From: Alphaproteobacteria bacterium
GTDB lineage: Bacteria; Pseudomonadota; Alphaproteobacteria; GCA-2731375
DNA: 64,000 nt
Reading direction: 5' to 3'
Assembly (NCBI GenBank): GCA_965216645.1
Contig: CBDCGJ010000007.1
Coordinates: forward strand, 14,150 to 78,149
Numbering within the stretch: position 1 is the first letter of the stretch; the number at the start of each line of letters is the position of its first letter. The position numbers and the translations under genes were made by a program. A model generated the notes under the pieces. That model was not told the DNA's origin. It saw only the letters and a list, made by a program, of their open reading frames with translations, and searched no databases. Positions 10,312 to 19,842 of the stretch are shown here, piece after piece.

Positions 10312-10844
10312 TTTTTACACTCACTGGCTTTGAATTCGTCGATAGCTTGTCCAATCACCTTCCATAATTCTGGGATTGTCCGGGCTGCTTCTTTTCTCAG
10401 CGCCGCCTTGAGTTTCGAGAATGCCTTTTCGATAGGGTTGAAGTCCGGTGAATATGGCGGGAGGTAGAGCAAACGCGCACCGGCCTTTTCGATTGCCGTC
10501 CTGACGCCGGTGACTTTGTGGGCGGGCAGGTTGTCCATGATGACCACATCCCCCGGCTTGAGTTCCGGGGCAAGCACTTGTTCGGTGTAGGCGATAAAGG
10601 CGTCGCCGTTCATCGGCCCATCCAGCACCATGGGTGCGACCAAGCTGTCGAGACGCAACCCGGCGGTAAAAGTGGTTGTTTTCCAATGCCCGTGGGGAAT
10701 GGCGTCGCGGCAGCGTTCGCCCCGTTTGGACCGTCCGCGCCGCCGCGCCATCTTGGTGGAGGCGCCGGTTTCATCGACAAAGACAAGCTTTTCGGGATCA
10801 AGGTCGGGCTGAGCCTCAAACCAGAGTTCGCGCCGGGCTTTCAC
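10278..10844 (-). CDS. IS630-family transposase OrfB (DDE catalytic part), expressed as an OrfAB fusion by -1 frameshift
   Basis: DDE_3 motifs (LVFVDETG, DNLPAHK, SPDFNPIE). Reading -1 from the A7G run gives KKKTAHAAEQERADVKARRELWFEAQPDL, which matches the IS630 transposase linker consensus. Confidence 0.8.
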   Translation of the reverse strand: MKARRELWFEAQPDLDPEKLVFVDETGASTKMARRRGRSKRGERCRDAIPHGHWKTTTFTAGLRLDSLVAPMVLDGPMNGDAFIAYTEQVLAPELKPGDVVIMDNLPAHKVTGVRTAIEKAGARLLYLPPYSPDFNPIEKAFSKLKAALRKEAARTIPELWKVIGQAIDEFKASECKNYFTACGYEPE

Positions 10845-11224
10845 GTCCGCGCGTTCTTGTTCCGCTGCATGCGCTGTCTTTTTTTGAACGTGATACCGCG
10901 CTTCTTGAAAAAATTACAGACCGTTGCCGGACAGACCGAGACGTTGTGCTCCGCCTCAAGGCGCTCGGCGATCTCGTAGAGTGCGATGTCCGGCCGGTCC
11001 GCGACCAGGCCCAGAATATAGTCCTCATGACGATCAAGTTTGGAGCCGCCAGGTTGCCCCTGCTTGCGCGCCTCCGTTTCTCCGTAATCTCGATAGCGGC
11101 GATACCAGCGACCTGCCGTCGACACGCCAATATCGAAACGAGCCGCTGCTTTATGAGTTGAGAGACCACCCGAAATCGCGGAAAGTACCCGTTGGCGCAG
11201 GTCTGTGCTGTAACTTTGAGACAT
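10841..11224 (-). CDS. IS630-family transposase OrfA (HTH DNA-binding part)
   Basis: 127 aa with winged-helix/HTH features (MSQSYSTDLRQRVL..., ATVCNFFKKRGITFKKRQRM). Ends in an A7G slippery run. Confidence 0.8.
   Translation of the reverse strand: MSQSYSTDLRQRVLSAISGGLSTHKAAARFDIGVSTAGRWYRRYRDYGETEARKQGQPGGSKLDRHEDYILGLVADRPDIALYEIAERLEAEHNVSVCPATVCNFFKKRGITFKKRQRMQRNKNART
10858..10866 (-). other. A7G slippery heptamer (probable programmed -1 ribosomal frameshift or transcriptional slippage site) joining IS630 orfA and orfB
   Basis: Minus-strand sequence TTC AAA AAA AGA CAG. A shift of -1 in the A run produces the continuous transposase. Confidence 0.6.
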
Positions 11225-11306
11225 TGTTCCTCCTTGCGAATCAACGCAAAGATAGAATCATGGAACGGCTCAAACGGGAATCCCGTAAATGAATCTGTGT
11301 TCGATA

Positions 11307-11318
11307 AATCTGCTCTAG
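11307..11318. repeat. IS630 right terminal inverted repeat
   Basis: AATCTGCTCTAG is the reverse complement of 10262..10273. Confidence 0.85.
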
Positions 11319-11451
11319 ATTGTCGCGAGCGCGAAGATCCGGGTCGGGCGGAGTTGCCCCCTTAAGGTGATCTCGACAAGCGGCAGACCGAGTTACATGC
11401 TCGATAGCATCCATCAATATGGACAGGACGCAATGGTCCAGACGGGGATCG

Positions 11452-12474
11452 CTACTTCGTCGGATCTTTACTGATTTGGACAACACGTTTGCCCATGTTC
11501 TCGCCTTTCAACATGCCAATAAAGGCGGAAGGTGCGTTATCGAGACCTTGGACGACATCTTCGACATACTTGATTTCACCGTTTTTCAGCCAAGCCGACA
11601 TCGATTTTTCGAATTCCGCGCGCTGATCGTCGAAATCGGAGACGATAAATCCCTGCATGCGGATGCGCTTTCCGACTACGTTGAAGAGATTCTTCACGCC
11701 ATATCGTTCCGTCAGATTGTATTGGCTGACCATGCCGCAAGCGACGATACGAGCATGAAAGTTGGCTTGCATCAGCACTTCGTCCAACATTTCGCCGCCG
11801 ACATTCTCGAAATACACGTCGATGCCGTCAGGACAAGCCTCCTGCAGCGCGGTACTGAAATTCCCTACGGTTTTGTAGTTGAAGGCGGCATCGAAATTCA
11901 ATTGCTCGCGCAAATAGGCGACCTTGCTGTCGCTGCCGGCACTGCCGGTTACGCGGCAGCCCTTCATTTTGGCGATTTGTCCAACGATTTGGCCCACGGC
12001 GCCGGATGCGGCGGAGATATATACCGTCTCCCCGCTTCTCGGTTCGCCAATTTTCAAGAAGCCAAAATAGGCTGTTCTGCCAGGCATGCCCATTACGCCT
12101 AAGAAATAGGATAGGGGTGCTCTTTTAGGGTCGATTTTGCTTAATCCACGGCCGCCGGGGCAGTAGCTAAATTCCTCCCAACCCAGATAGCCGATGACGA
12201 AGTCGCCGACCTTGAAGTCCGGGTTGTCGGACATCTCAACTTGACCAACCACTTCACCTGTTAGGACTTTGCCGAGCTGAAATCCATCCGCGTAGGTTTG
12301 TTGTGCGTTCATACGCCCGCGCATATATGGGTCGACCGAGAGATAAATGTTGCGTACAAGCACGTCATTACCTTCAGGTAGTTCCAATTCGCGTTGGACA
12401 AACCGGAAATTATCGTCTGTTACCCAACCAATGGGCCGACTTGCGAACAAAACTTGCTTGTTTTTTTCAATCAC
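11452..12474 (-). CDS. NADP-dependent oxidoreductase, medium-chain dehydrogenase/reductase family (YncB/CurA / alkenal reductase-like)
   Basis: 340 aa with a GroES-like N-terminal domain, the GAAGAVG-type Rossmann motif (ASGAVGQIVGQIAK), and C-terminal similarity to leukotriene-B4 dehydrogenase/2-alkenal reductases. Confidence 0.75.
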   Translation of the reverse strand: MIEKNKQVLFASRPIGWVTDDNFRFVQRELELPEGNDVLVRNIYLSVDPYMRGRMNAQQTYADGFQLGKVLTGEVVGQVEMSDNPDFKVGDFVIGYLGWEEFSYCPGGRGLSKIDPKRAPLSYFLGVMGMPGRTAYFGFLKIGEPRSGETVYISAASGAVGQIVGQIAKMKGCRVTGSAGSDSKVAYLREQLNFDAAFNYKTVGNFSTALQEACPDGIDVYFENVGGEMLDEVLMQANFHARIVACGMVSQYNLTERYGVKNLFNVVGKRIRMQGFIVSDFDDQRAEFEKSMSAWLKNGEIKYVEDVVQGLDNAPSAFIGMLKGENMGKRVVQISKDPTK

Positions 12475-12597
12475 GTTGCAAACCTCTCCTGAAGGACACT
12501 GAACTAATCAAATAACGATAGCCTGACAATAGCCAATATGTCGTGATATTTATCAAGTCTTACAGCAAAAATAAGATGAGATTCGTAGGAAATATTC

Positions 12598-13362
12598 ATG
12601 CCATCTAAAATATTAGTTGAAATCAACGGTCCCGTTACGACGATAGTGATAAATAGGCCAGAAGTTCGCAATGCGCTTGACCAGGAGGCGGCGGCGGATT
12701 TGGCACAGGCATTTCATGATTTTGACGCGGACAAAGATGCCTGCATCGCGGTTTTGACCGGCGCGGAGGGGGCGTTTTGCGCTGGCGCCGATTTGAAGGA
12801 GTTATCCGGCCGCAACGACTACAAGGCTTGGGCCGGCGATCCGGCCGGGCCGACCCATAAGCCCTTAACGAAGCCTTTGATCGCGGCGGTCGCCGGACAC
12901 GCATGCGCTGGGGGACTGGGGCTCGCCCTTTACTGCGACATCCGCATTGCCGAAGAGAGCGCGGTCTTCGGCGTGTTTTCGCGGCGCTGGGGTGTCCCGA
13001 TGAGCGATGGCACAACCGTCCGTTTGCCGCGTGTCGTCGGCATGGGACCGGCGCTAGATATGCTTTTGACAGGCCGTGCCGTCGGAGCCCAGGAGGCGAA
13101 GGAAATCGGTTTGGTGACACGGGTTGTCGCCAAAGGTGAATCGCGAAAGGCGGCGGAGGACTTGGCCTTGCAAATGGCCGGCTTCCCGCAAATCGCCCTT
13201 CGTTCTGATCGGCGCAGCATGCTCGCCCAGGATGGTATCGCTTTGGACGAGGCAATTCAGTTCGAAACCGTGTGCGCGCACGAAGCCAAAGAGAGGGAAG
13301 CCATGTCCGGAGCCGCCAGATTCGCGCAGGGTGCCGGTCGGCACGGTAGTTTTAAGGACTAG
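12598..13362 (+). CDS. Enoyl-CoA hydratase/isomerase (crotonase) family protein
   Basis: 254 aa with the crotonase oxyanion-hole motifs (VLTGAEGAFCAGADLKE, GHACAGGLGLALYCDIRIA). Confidence 0.8.
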   Translation: MPSKILVEINGPVTTIVINRPEVRNALDQEAAADLAQAFHDFDADKDACIAVLTGAEGAFCAGADLKELSGRNDYKAWAGDPAGPTHKPLTKPLIAAVAGHACAGGLGLALYCDIRIAEESAVFGVFSRRWGVPMSDGTTVRLPRVVGMGPALDMLLTGRAVGAQEAKEIGLVTRVVAKGESRKAAEDLALQMAGFPQIALRSDRRSMLAQDGIALDEAIQFETVCAHEAKEREAMSGAARFAQGAGRHGSFKD

Positions 13363-13419
13363 CAGACTAGCGTATGCTGTCGCGAGAATCGCGCGCTTCA
13401 CGAAAGGATCATCGGTCAA

Positions 13420-15042
13420 ATGTGGCTAAGCCGTATCAGTATAATGAGCCGGCTGATCATCTTGTCGACGGTGTTGCTTTCGGTGCCGGTGGGTATGCAT
13501 CTCTACCTTCGGGACGTTTTGACGAAGGATAAGAGGGTCTTGGTCGAAAGCACCGAAACCGTCAATGCACTCAAGGTGGTCCATGCCGCAAGTCGGGAGT
13601 TCAGCGGATTGAGATTCGCGCTGGCCAATATGGATAGAAAAAACCATCAGGCCATGTGGTTGCTCGCCGCAAAGGCAGACAAAGAACTGAAAGGCCACCT
13701 AAGTATCCTAAAAAACCGACATCCTGTGGCGGTGGAGAAAATCGCTCAGGAGCTTGCGACACTCTGGCAATCCGCGGAATCCATGAATGTAGCGTTTGAC
13801 AAGGGCCAGACAACAAAAGCGGGAGAACTTTGGCAAGCGGCTTTACCGCATATCGAAACCATTGATGTTCTGACCACGCGGATCGTGGCCAATTTGGAGG
13901 AGCAGGCCGTAACCAAATTGCGAAAAGCGGATTTAAATGCCGCTGTAGCAATCAATTTGTCATTGGCGTTTGTTGTTCTGGCTTCACTGTTTTGGTTGGG
14001 CAGCACGATAGTGGTGCTCCGCTCGATCACGAAACCGCTGGGCGAACTTACAGTCGCGATTAGCGAGATCACAACCGGTAATCTGGAGGCCGAACTCCCT
14101 ACGCCTGGGCAAGATGAGATCGGTGCCATGGCGCATACCTTATCTTTATTCCGCGACAGCTTGTTGGAACGGAACCGCTTGCAGGTGGAGCAAAAAAAAG
14201 CGCAAGAGGAAGCCCAGCGCGCGCGCGAGCAAGCGGAACGGGCAAATCAGGCGAAGTCGGATTTTCTTGCTCATATGTCCCATGAACTACGGACGCCGTT
14301 AAATGGCGTCATCGGTATGGCGGAAGTCATGGACAAGCAGTCCTTCGGTGCCCTTGGGTCCGAAGAGTATCGCGAATTTGTCGCCGATATTCTGGACAGC
14401 AGCCATCACCTGATGAGCATGATTAACGACATTCTCGATATGTCCAAGATTGAGGCGGGCAAGTTTGTGTTGCGGGAACAACCGGTCGATATGGCTGATG
14501 TACTCGATCGCGCCTGCCGAATTTTGAAACAGCCGGCTGAGAATGCGGCCGTGACACTTAAACTTGATTGCCAAAAGGATCTCCCCTTGATTTGGGCAGA
14601 CGAAAGGGCGATGCGGCAGATATCTCTCAATCTAATTTCCAATGCGGTGAAATTCTCCGAAAAAGGGGCAGAAGTGGGTGTCCGCGTTGCCATGGCCGAC
14701 TGGGGTGACCTAGTGTTTTGGGTGAAAGACACCGGTGTCGGTATGACGGAGGACGAGGTCGTCAAGGCGATGACACCGTTCACTCAGCTAGAGTCGTCAT
14801 TTTCTCGTGTGCATAAAGGGACGGGTCTTGGTTTGTCCTTGGTGAAGAGCCTTACGGAAATGCATAATGGTGAAGTGACGGTTGAATCTCAGCCGAAGAA
14901 AGGGACGACGGTTTATATCACGCTACCGGCGGAGCGAATTGAGCGCGCCAAGCGCTGGCGTGGAGAAGCACCGATCGACCGCCGGAGCTCCTCACGAATT
15001 GAACCCGACTATGCAGTAACAGTTTCAAAACAGCCGACATAG
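13420..15042 (+). CDS. Sensor histidine kinase (helical sensor-TM-HAMP-HisKA-HATPase), orphan
   Basis: H-box HMSHELRTPLNGVIGMAEVM plus N, G1 (DTGVGM) and G2 (GTGLGLSLV) boxes. Two TM segments bracket a roughly 150-aa helical periplasmic region. No response regulator is adjacent. GC is slightly below the local mean. Confidence 0.8.
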   Translation: MWLSRISIMSRLIILSTVLLSVPVGMHLYLRDVLTKDKRVLVESTETVNALKVVHAASREFSGLRFALANMDRKNHQAMWLLAAKADKELKGHLSILKNRHPVAVEKIAQELATLWQSAESMNVAFDKGQTTKAGELWQAALPHIETIDVLTTRIVANLEEQAVTKLRKADLNAAVAINLSLAFVVLASLFWLGSTIVVLRSITKPLGELTVAISEITTGNLEAELPTPGQDEIGAMAHTLSLFRDSLLERNRLQVEQKKAQEEAQRAREQAERANQAKSDFLAHMSHELRTPLNGVIGMAEVMDKQSFGALGSEEYREFVADILDSSHHLMSMINDILDMSKIEAGKFVLREQPVDMADVLDRACRILKQPAENAAVTLKLDCQKDLPLIWADERAMRQISLNLISNAVKFSEKGAEVGVRVAMADWGDLVFWVKDTGVGMTEDEVVKAMTPFTQLESSFSRVHKGTGLGLSLVKSLTEMHNGEVTVESQPKKGTTVYITLPAERIERAKRWRGEAPIDRRSSSRIEPDYAVTVSKQPT

Positions 15043-15084
15043 AAGCCCTTGTCGCGGGACGGGCAATTAAACTAAATAGCAATC

Positions 15085-16746
15085 ATGATAAACCAACTTG
15101 CCATAGCTCTGGCGCAGTTGAATCCGACGGTTGGCGACATCGCCGGAAATGCGGAAAAGGTTCGTCGGGCTCACGCGGAAGCGTCCCGCATGGGGGCCGA
15201 TCTTGTCGTCTTCACAGAGCTTTTTATCGTCGGCTATCCGCCTGAGGATCTAGTCCTAAAACCGGCGTTGCAGGACAGCGTGGAAGATGTTGTCCGCGAA
15301 CTGGCGGCGCTGACGCGCGACGATCAACCCGGCATATTGATCGGCACGCCTTGGCGGGAGAAGGGCGAGCTTTACAATGCCATCGCCTATCTCGACGACG
15401 GCGACGTGCAGTCGTTGCGTTTCAAATACGATCTGCCGAATTATGGCGTGTTTGACGAAAAGCGGGTTTTCGAGGCCGGCGAGCCGCCCGGTCCGATGAA
15501 CATTCGCGGCGTCCGCGTCGGTGTTCCTATTTGCGAGGATATCTGGACGCCGGAAGTCGTCGAGTGCGTCGTTGAAACCGGGGCGGAAATGCTGGTGGTG
15601 ATCAACGGCTCTCCGTTCGAGGCCAACAAGTTCGACGAGCGTTTAGGTCATATCGTGGCGCGCGTGGTCGAATCCGGCTTGCCCATGGCGTATGTCAATC
15701 AAGTCGGCGGGCAGGACGAATTGGTATTCGATGGCGGTTCGCTCGTCCTCAATGCGGACAAGTCTCTCGCCGTCCAGATGCCAATGTTCGAGGAAGTGAT
15801 TACGCTGACCCATTGGCGGCGCCAGAGCGACGGCAATTGGCGTTGCGAGGACGGCGAAAAAGTCGACCTGGATGACGGCCTATCGGAAGTCTACCGGGCG
15901 ATGGTTTTGGGGTTGCGCGATTATGTGAACAAAAACAAGTTTCCCGGCGTCGTTCTGGGTCTTTCGGGCGGCATCGATTCCGCATTAAGTGCCGCGGTAG
16001 CCGTGGACGCTTTGGGGCCGGACCGGGTCTGGTGCGTCAAATTGCCGTCGCAGTACACCAGCGACGACAGCAATGTGGATGCCAACGACTGCGCCCGCTT
16101 TCTCGGCATTCGCCTCGACAACATTTCCATTCATCCGGCCGTGCAAGCCTTTGAAGGCATGCTGGCGCCGATCTTCGACGGGCGGGAAGTCGATATCACG
16201 GAGGAGAATATTCAGTCCCGCGCGCGCGGATTGACCCTTATGGCGCTGTCCAACAAGTTCGGACATATGGTGCTAACTACCGGCAACAAGTCGGAAATGT
16301 CCGTCGGTTACGCGACCATCTATGGCGATATGTGCGGTGGCTATTCGGTCTTGAAGGATGTCTATAAGACCATGGTCTTCGACCTGTGTCGTTGGCGTAA
16401 TCAGCACCTACCGGACGATGTGCTGGGGCCGCCAGGCCGTGTCATTCCGGAGAACACGATCACTAAACCGCCGACCGCGGAGCTGCGCCCGGATCAGAAA
16501 GACGAGGATTCACTACCGCCCTACGATCAACTGGACGATATTCTCAACAGCCTGGTCGAGGAAGAGATGAGCGTCACAGATGTGGTGGCGCGCGGTCATG
16601 ATTTAAACCTAGTCAAGCGCATTCAGCATCTGTTATACGTCGCCGAATACAAGCGTCGGCAAGCGCCGCCGGGGGTGAAGATCACCCGACGGAATTTCGG
16701 CCGCGACCGCCGCTACCCGATTACGAACGGATTTCGCGATGCTTGA
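15085..16746 (+). CDS. nadE: Glutamine-dependent NAD+ synthetase
   Basis: 553 aa. N-terminal CN-hydrolase (nitrilase) domain with the E-K-C triad context, and a C-terminal NAD synthetase domain with the SGGIDS PP-loop. Confidence 0.9.
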   Translation: MINQLAIALAQLNPTVGDIAGNAEKVRRAHAEASRMGADLVVFTELFIVGYPPEDLVLKPALQDSVEDVVRELAALTRDDQPGILIGTPWREKGELYNAIAYLDDGDVQSLRFKYDLPNYGVFDEKRVFEAGEPPGPMNIRGVRVGVPICEDIWTPEVVECVVETGAEMLVVINGSPFEANKFDERLGHIVARVVESGLPMAYVNQVGGQDELVFDGGSLVLNADKSLAVQMPMFEEVITLTHWRRQSDGNWRCEDGEKVDLDDGLSEVYRAMVLGLRDYVNKNKFPGVVLGLSGGIDSALSAAVAVDALGPDRVWCVKLPSQYTSDDSNVDANDCARFLGIRLDNISIHPAVQAFEGMLAPIFDGREVDITEENIQSRARGLTLMALSNKFGHMVLTTGNKSEMSVGYATIYGDMCGGYSVLKDVYKTMVFDLCRWRNQHLPDDVLGPPGRVIPENTITKPPTAELRPDQKDEDSLPPYDQLDDILNSLVEEEMSVTDVVARGHDLNLVKRIQHLLYVAEYKRRQAPPGVKITRRNFGRDRRYPITNGFRDA

Positions 16747-16849
16747 GAGGCGATGTCGATAGGGCCGAACCAATTTCCGCCCTTAGTAGACAACAGATGA
16801 AAGCATTCCTTGCGGTACAAACCGCGGCGAACGATCGGGAAATTCAAAA

Positions 16850-18202
16850 ATGCCCTTGCATATTTATGACACGCTGACGCGTGAGAAAACGCTGTTCGAA
16901 CCGCTCGACCCGGCCCATGTGCGCCTCTATGTCTGCGGACCGACAGTCTATGACTATGCCCATATCGGTAACGCCCGGCCGATCGTGGTTTTCGATACCT
17001 TGGCCCGGTTGCTGCGACTGCAATATCCGAAGGTGACTTATGTCCGAAATATTACCGATATCGAGGACAAGATCATTGCTCGAGCGCGGGAAGAGGATGT
17101 GTCCATCTTCGAATTGACGGCACGGACCACGCAACAGTTTCACGACGATATCGCGGTCCTGAATGCCCTGCCGCCGGACGTCGAGCCTAAAGCGACAGAT
17201 CATGTCGCAGAGATGATCGAGATCATCGACGCGCTTATGCGGAAGGGCCATGCCTATGCGGCGGACGGTCATGTGTTGTTCGATACGACGTCGATGCCGG
17301 ACTACGGCAAGTTTTCCCGGAAAAGCCGTGACGAACTGATTGTCGGCGCCCGTGTCGAAGTGGCGCCTTACAAGAGAAACCCAACCGACTTCGTATTGTG
17401 GAAGCCTTCGGATCCGGATGTACAGGGCTGGGACAGCCCCTGGGGTCGCGGCCGGCCCGGCTGGCATATCGAATGCTCGGCCATGGGTAAGAAGCATTTG
17501 GGAACAACATTCGACATTCATGGCGGCGGTTTGGATCTGATCTTTCCGCACCATCAGAATGAGATTGCTCAGTCACAATGCGCACATGATGGGGCGCCGT
17601 TGGCAAAATACTGGATGCATAATGGTTTTGTTATCGTCGGGGGGCAGAAGATGTCCAAATCTTTGGGCAACTTCCTGATCATCCACGAGCTCCGGCAACA
17701 ATATCCGGGCGAGGCCCTGCGGCTTGGCTTGATGGCAACGCACTACCGGCAACCGCTGGATTTTACTCATGACGGCGTGACCTCGGCGCACAGTATCCTG
17801 GATCGCTGGTATCGGGCGGTCGGCGATGTCGAGCCGTCGGATCGGCTCCCGAACCCCGTCATCGATGCCTTGAACGACGACCTCAATACGCCACAGGCCA
17901 TCGCCCATATGCATGCTTTATCGGACCGAGCCATGGCTGGAGATGCCGCCGCCGCTGCCGAATTGAAAGCGGCCGGCAACATCCTCGGCGTCTTGCATAT
18001 GACTGCCGACGCATGGTTCAAAGGCGTGCCGGAAAGCGATGGTTTGGACCCTGATGCCATTGAACGTTTGATCGCGGACCGAAATGCGGCTAGGAAGGCG
18101 CATGATTTTACCGCCGCCGACCGAATTCGGGACGATCTGGCGGCGCAAGGCATTGTTTTGGAAGACGGACCGGACGGTACGGGCTGGCGCCGTACCGGCT
18201 AG
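16850..18202 (+). CDS. cysS: Cysteine--tRNA ligase
   Basis: HIGH-type motif (CGPTVYDYAHIGNARP) and the KMSKS motif, 450 aa. Confidence 0.9.
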   Translation: MPLHIYDTLTREKTLFEPLDPAHVRLYVCGPTVYDYAHIGNARPIVVFDTLARLLRLQYPKVTYVRNITDIEDKIIARAREEDVSIFELTARTTQQFHDDIAVLNALPPDVEPKATDHVAEMIEIIDALMRKGHAYAADGHVLFDTTSMPDYGKFSRKSRDELIVGARVEVAPYKRNPTDFVLWKPSDPDVQGWDSPWGRGRPGWHIECSAMGKKHLGTTFDIHGGGLDLIFPHHQNEIAQSQCAHDGAPLAKYWMHNGFVIVGGQKMSKSLGNFLIIHELRQQYPGEALRLGLMATHYRQPLDFTHDGVTSAHSILDRWYRAVGDVEPSDRLPNPVIDALNDDLNTPQAIAHMHALSDRAMAGDAAAAAELKAAGNILGVLHMTADAWFKGVPESDGLDPDAIERLIADRNAARKAHDFTAADRIRDDLAAQGIVLEDGPDGTGWRRTG

Positions 18203-18220
18203 TCCAGGGGTTTGGGGATC

Positions 18221-19834
18221 ATGAGCAAGGACCGCATCTATCTCTTCGACACGACGCTTCGCGACGGGGCACAAACCCCCGGCGTGGATTTCTCGGTCGA
18301 GGATAAGCGCAATATTGCTCTGGCCCTAGATGGACTTGGTGTCGATTACATCGAAGGCGGCTGGCCGGGGGCCAATCCGACAGATACCAGCTACTTCGAA
18401 AGCGTGCCGAAATTGCGTCGGGCCAAGAATACGGCCTTCGGTATGACCAAACGGCCGGGCCGCAGTGCCGAAAACGATCCCGGCTTGGCGCAAGTCCTGG
18501 GTGCCGGCACGCAGGCTGTCTGTTTGGTCGGCAAGACCTGGGACTTCCATGTCGATGTCGGCCTGGAAATTCCGCTCAATGAAGCGGTCGATCTGGTCGG
18601 CGACTCCATGGCGGCGATCGTCAACCGGCATAAGGAAGCATTATTCGATGCGGAGCATTTTTTCGACGGTTACAAGGCCAATCCGCAATTCGCGCTCGAT
18701 TGCCTGAAATCGGCGCTTGATGCCGGCGCCAGATGGGTCGTGCTTTGCGATACCAACGGCGGGACATTGCCTCATGAAATCGAACGCATCGTGGGGACAG
18801 TGGCGGGGAGCCTGCCCAACGACCGTATCGGTATTCACTGCCATAACGACACGGAGAACGCGGTGGCCAACAGCTTGGCGGCGGTGCGGGCCGGTGCCCG
18901 CATGGTGCAGGGCAGCCTGAACGGATTGGGCGAACGCTGCGGCAATGCCAATCTGATTTCTCTGATTCCGACATTGGCGCTGAAGGCGGATTTCGCGGAA
19001 GCATACGAGACGGGCGTGGACGAGGCCGGCCTTAAGCAATTGAAGAATGTTTCTCACCTGCTGGATGAACTGCTAAATCGCGCGCCCAACCGGCAGGCGC
19101 CCTATGTAGGCGCGTCGGCATTCGCGTCGAAAGCGGGTCTGCATGTTTCCGCCCTGCAGAAAAACCCGAAGACATACGAGCATGTCAAACCGGAAAGCGT
19201 GGGCAACGAACGCGTGATCTTAGTTTCGAACCAGTCCGGCCGCTCCAATGTTCTGGCCCGATTGAAGGAAATCGGCATCGAGATCGACCCGAAGGATCGG
19301 CGGGTTGACCAACTTCTGGCGGACGTCAAACAACGCGAATTCGAGGGATATTCCTACGACGGCGCGGAAGCGAGCTTCGAGCTTATGGTGCGGCGTTCGC
19401 TAGGACAGGTGCCGGACTATTTCGATGTCAACAGCTTCCGAGTGCTCGTCGAACATCGCCACAACGCGGTCGGTGAATTGGTTACTGTTTCGGAAGCGAC
19501 GGTGAAGTTGAAAATCGGCGGCCGCGAGATCATGTCCGTGGCTGAGGGCAACGGTCCGGTCAATGCGCTCGATAATGCGCTGCGCAAAGATATCGGTCCG
19601 TACGCGCCGATCATCGCCAATCTGCATTTGGTCGATTACAAGGTCCGTATTCTGGATGGCGGCACGGGTGCGGTGACCCGGGTGCTGATCGAAAGCGCCA
19701 ACAGCCGCGGCGATCGTTGGTTTACGGTGGGCGTTTCCGCCAATATCGTTGACGCTTCTTTTCAGGCCTTGATGGATAGTATTATCTACAAACTGTTCCG
19801 TGATGGCGCGGATGCCGCGGTGGCGGCCGAATAG
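18221..19834 (+). CDS. cimA: Citramalate synthase / 2-isopropylmalate synthase family (LeuA-type with C-terminal LeuA-dimer regulatory domain)
   Basis: N-terminal DTTLRDGAQ TIM-barrel signature, the HCHND metal site, and about 535 aa with a C-terminal regulatory domain. Start taken at ATG 18221 (MSKDRIY); the listed TTG at 18212 is the alternative. Confidence 0.7.
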   Translation: MSKDRIYLFDTTLRDGAQTPGVDFSVEDKRNIALALDGLGVDYIEGGWPGANPTDTSYFESVPKLRRAKNTAFGMTKRPGRSAENDPGLAQVLGAGTQAVCLVGKTWDFHVDVGLEIPLNEAVDLVGDSMAAIVNRHKEALFDAEHFFDGYKANPQFALDCLKSALDAGARWVVLCDTNGGTLPHEIERIVGTVAGSLPNDRIGIHCHNDTENAVANSLAAVRAGARMVQGSLNGLGERCGNANLISLIPTLALKADFAEAYETGVDEAGLKQLKNVSHLLDELLNRAPNRQAPYVGASAFASKAGLHVSALQKNPKTYEHVKPESVGNERVILVSNQSGRSNVLARLKEIGIEIDPKDRRVDQLLADVKQREFEGYSYDGAEASFELMVRRSLGQVPDYFDVNSFRVLVEHRHNAVGELVTVSEATVKLKIGGREIMSVAEGNGPVNALDNALRKDIGPYAPIIANLHLVDYKVRILDGGTGAVTRVLIESANSRGDRWFTVGVSANIVDASFQALMDSIIYKLFRDGADAAVAAE

Positions 19835-19842
19835 GCGGCGCC

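Larger units (their letters stand above)
10262..11318 (-). mobile_element. IS630-family insertion sequence (1057 bp) with TA target-site duplication
   Basis: Terminal inverted repeats CTAGAGCAGATT at 10262..10273 and AATCTGCTCTAG at 11307..11318. TA dinucleotides flank the gagcagatt ends. Encodes an HTH orfA and a DDE orfB. Confidence 0.85.

Noticed and set aside
10841-10844. IS630 transposase split interpreted as a decayed pseudogene
   Set aside because: The A7G slippery run sits exactly at the junction. The -1 read-through reproduces the family's conserved linker sequence. This favours programmed frameshifting over decay.
12635-13255. 206-aa Pro/Arg-rich ORF antisense to the enoyl-CoA hydratase gene
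   Set aside because: Typical high-GC antisense artefact with no homology. The sense-strand crotonase is unambiguous.
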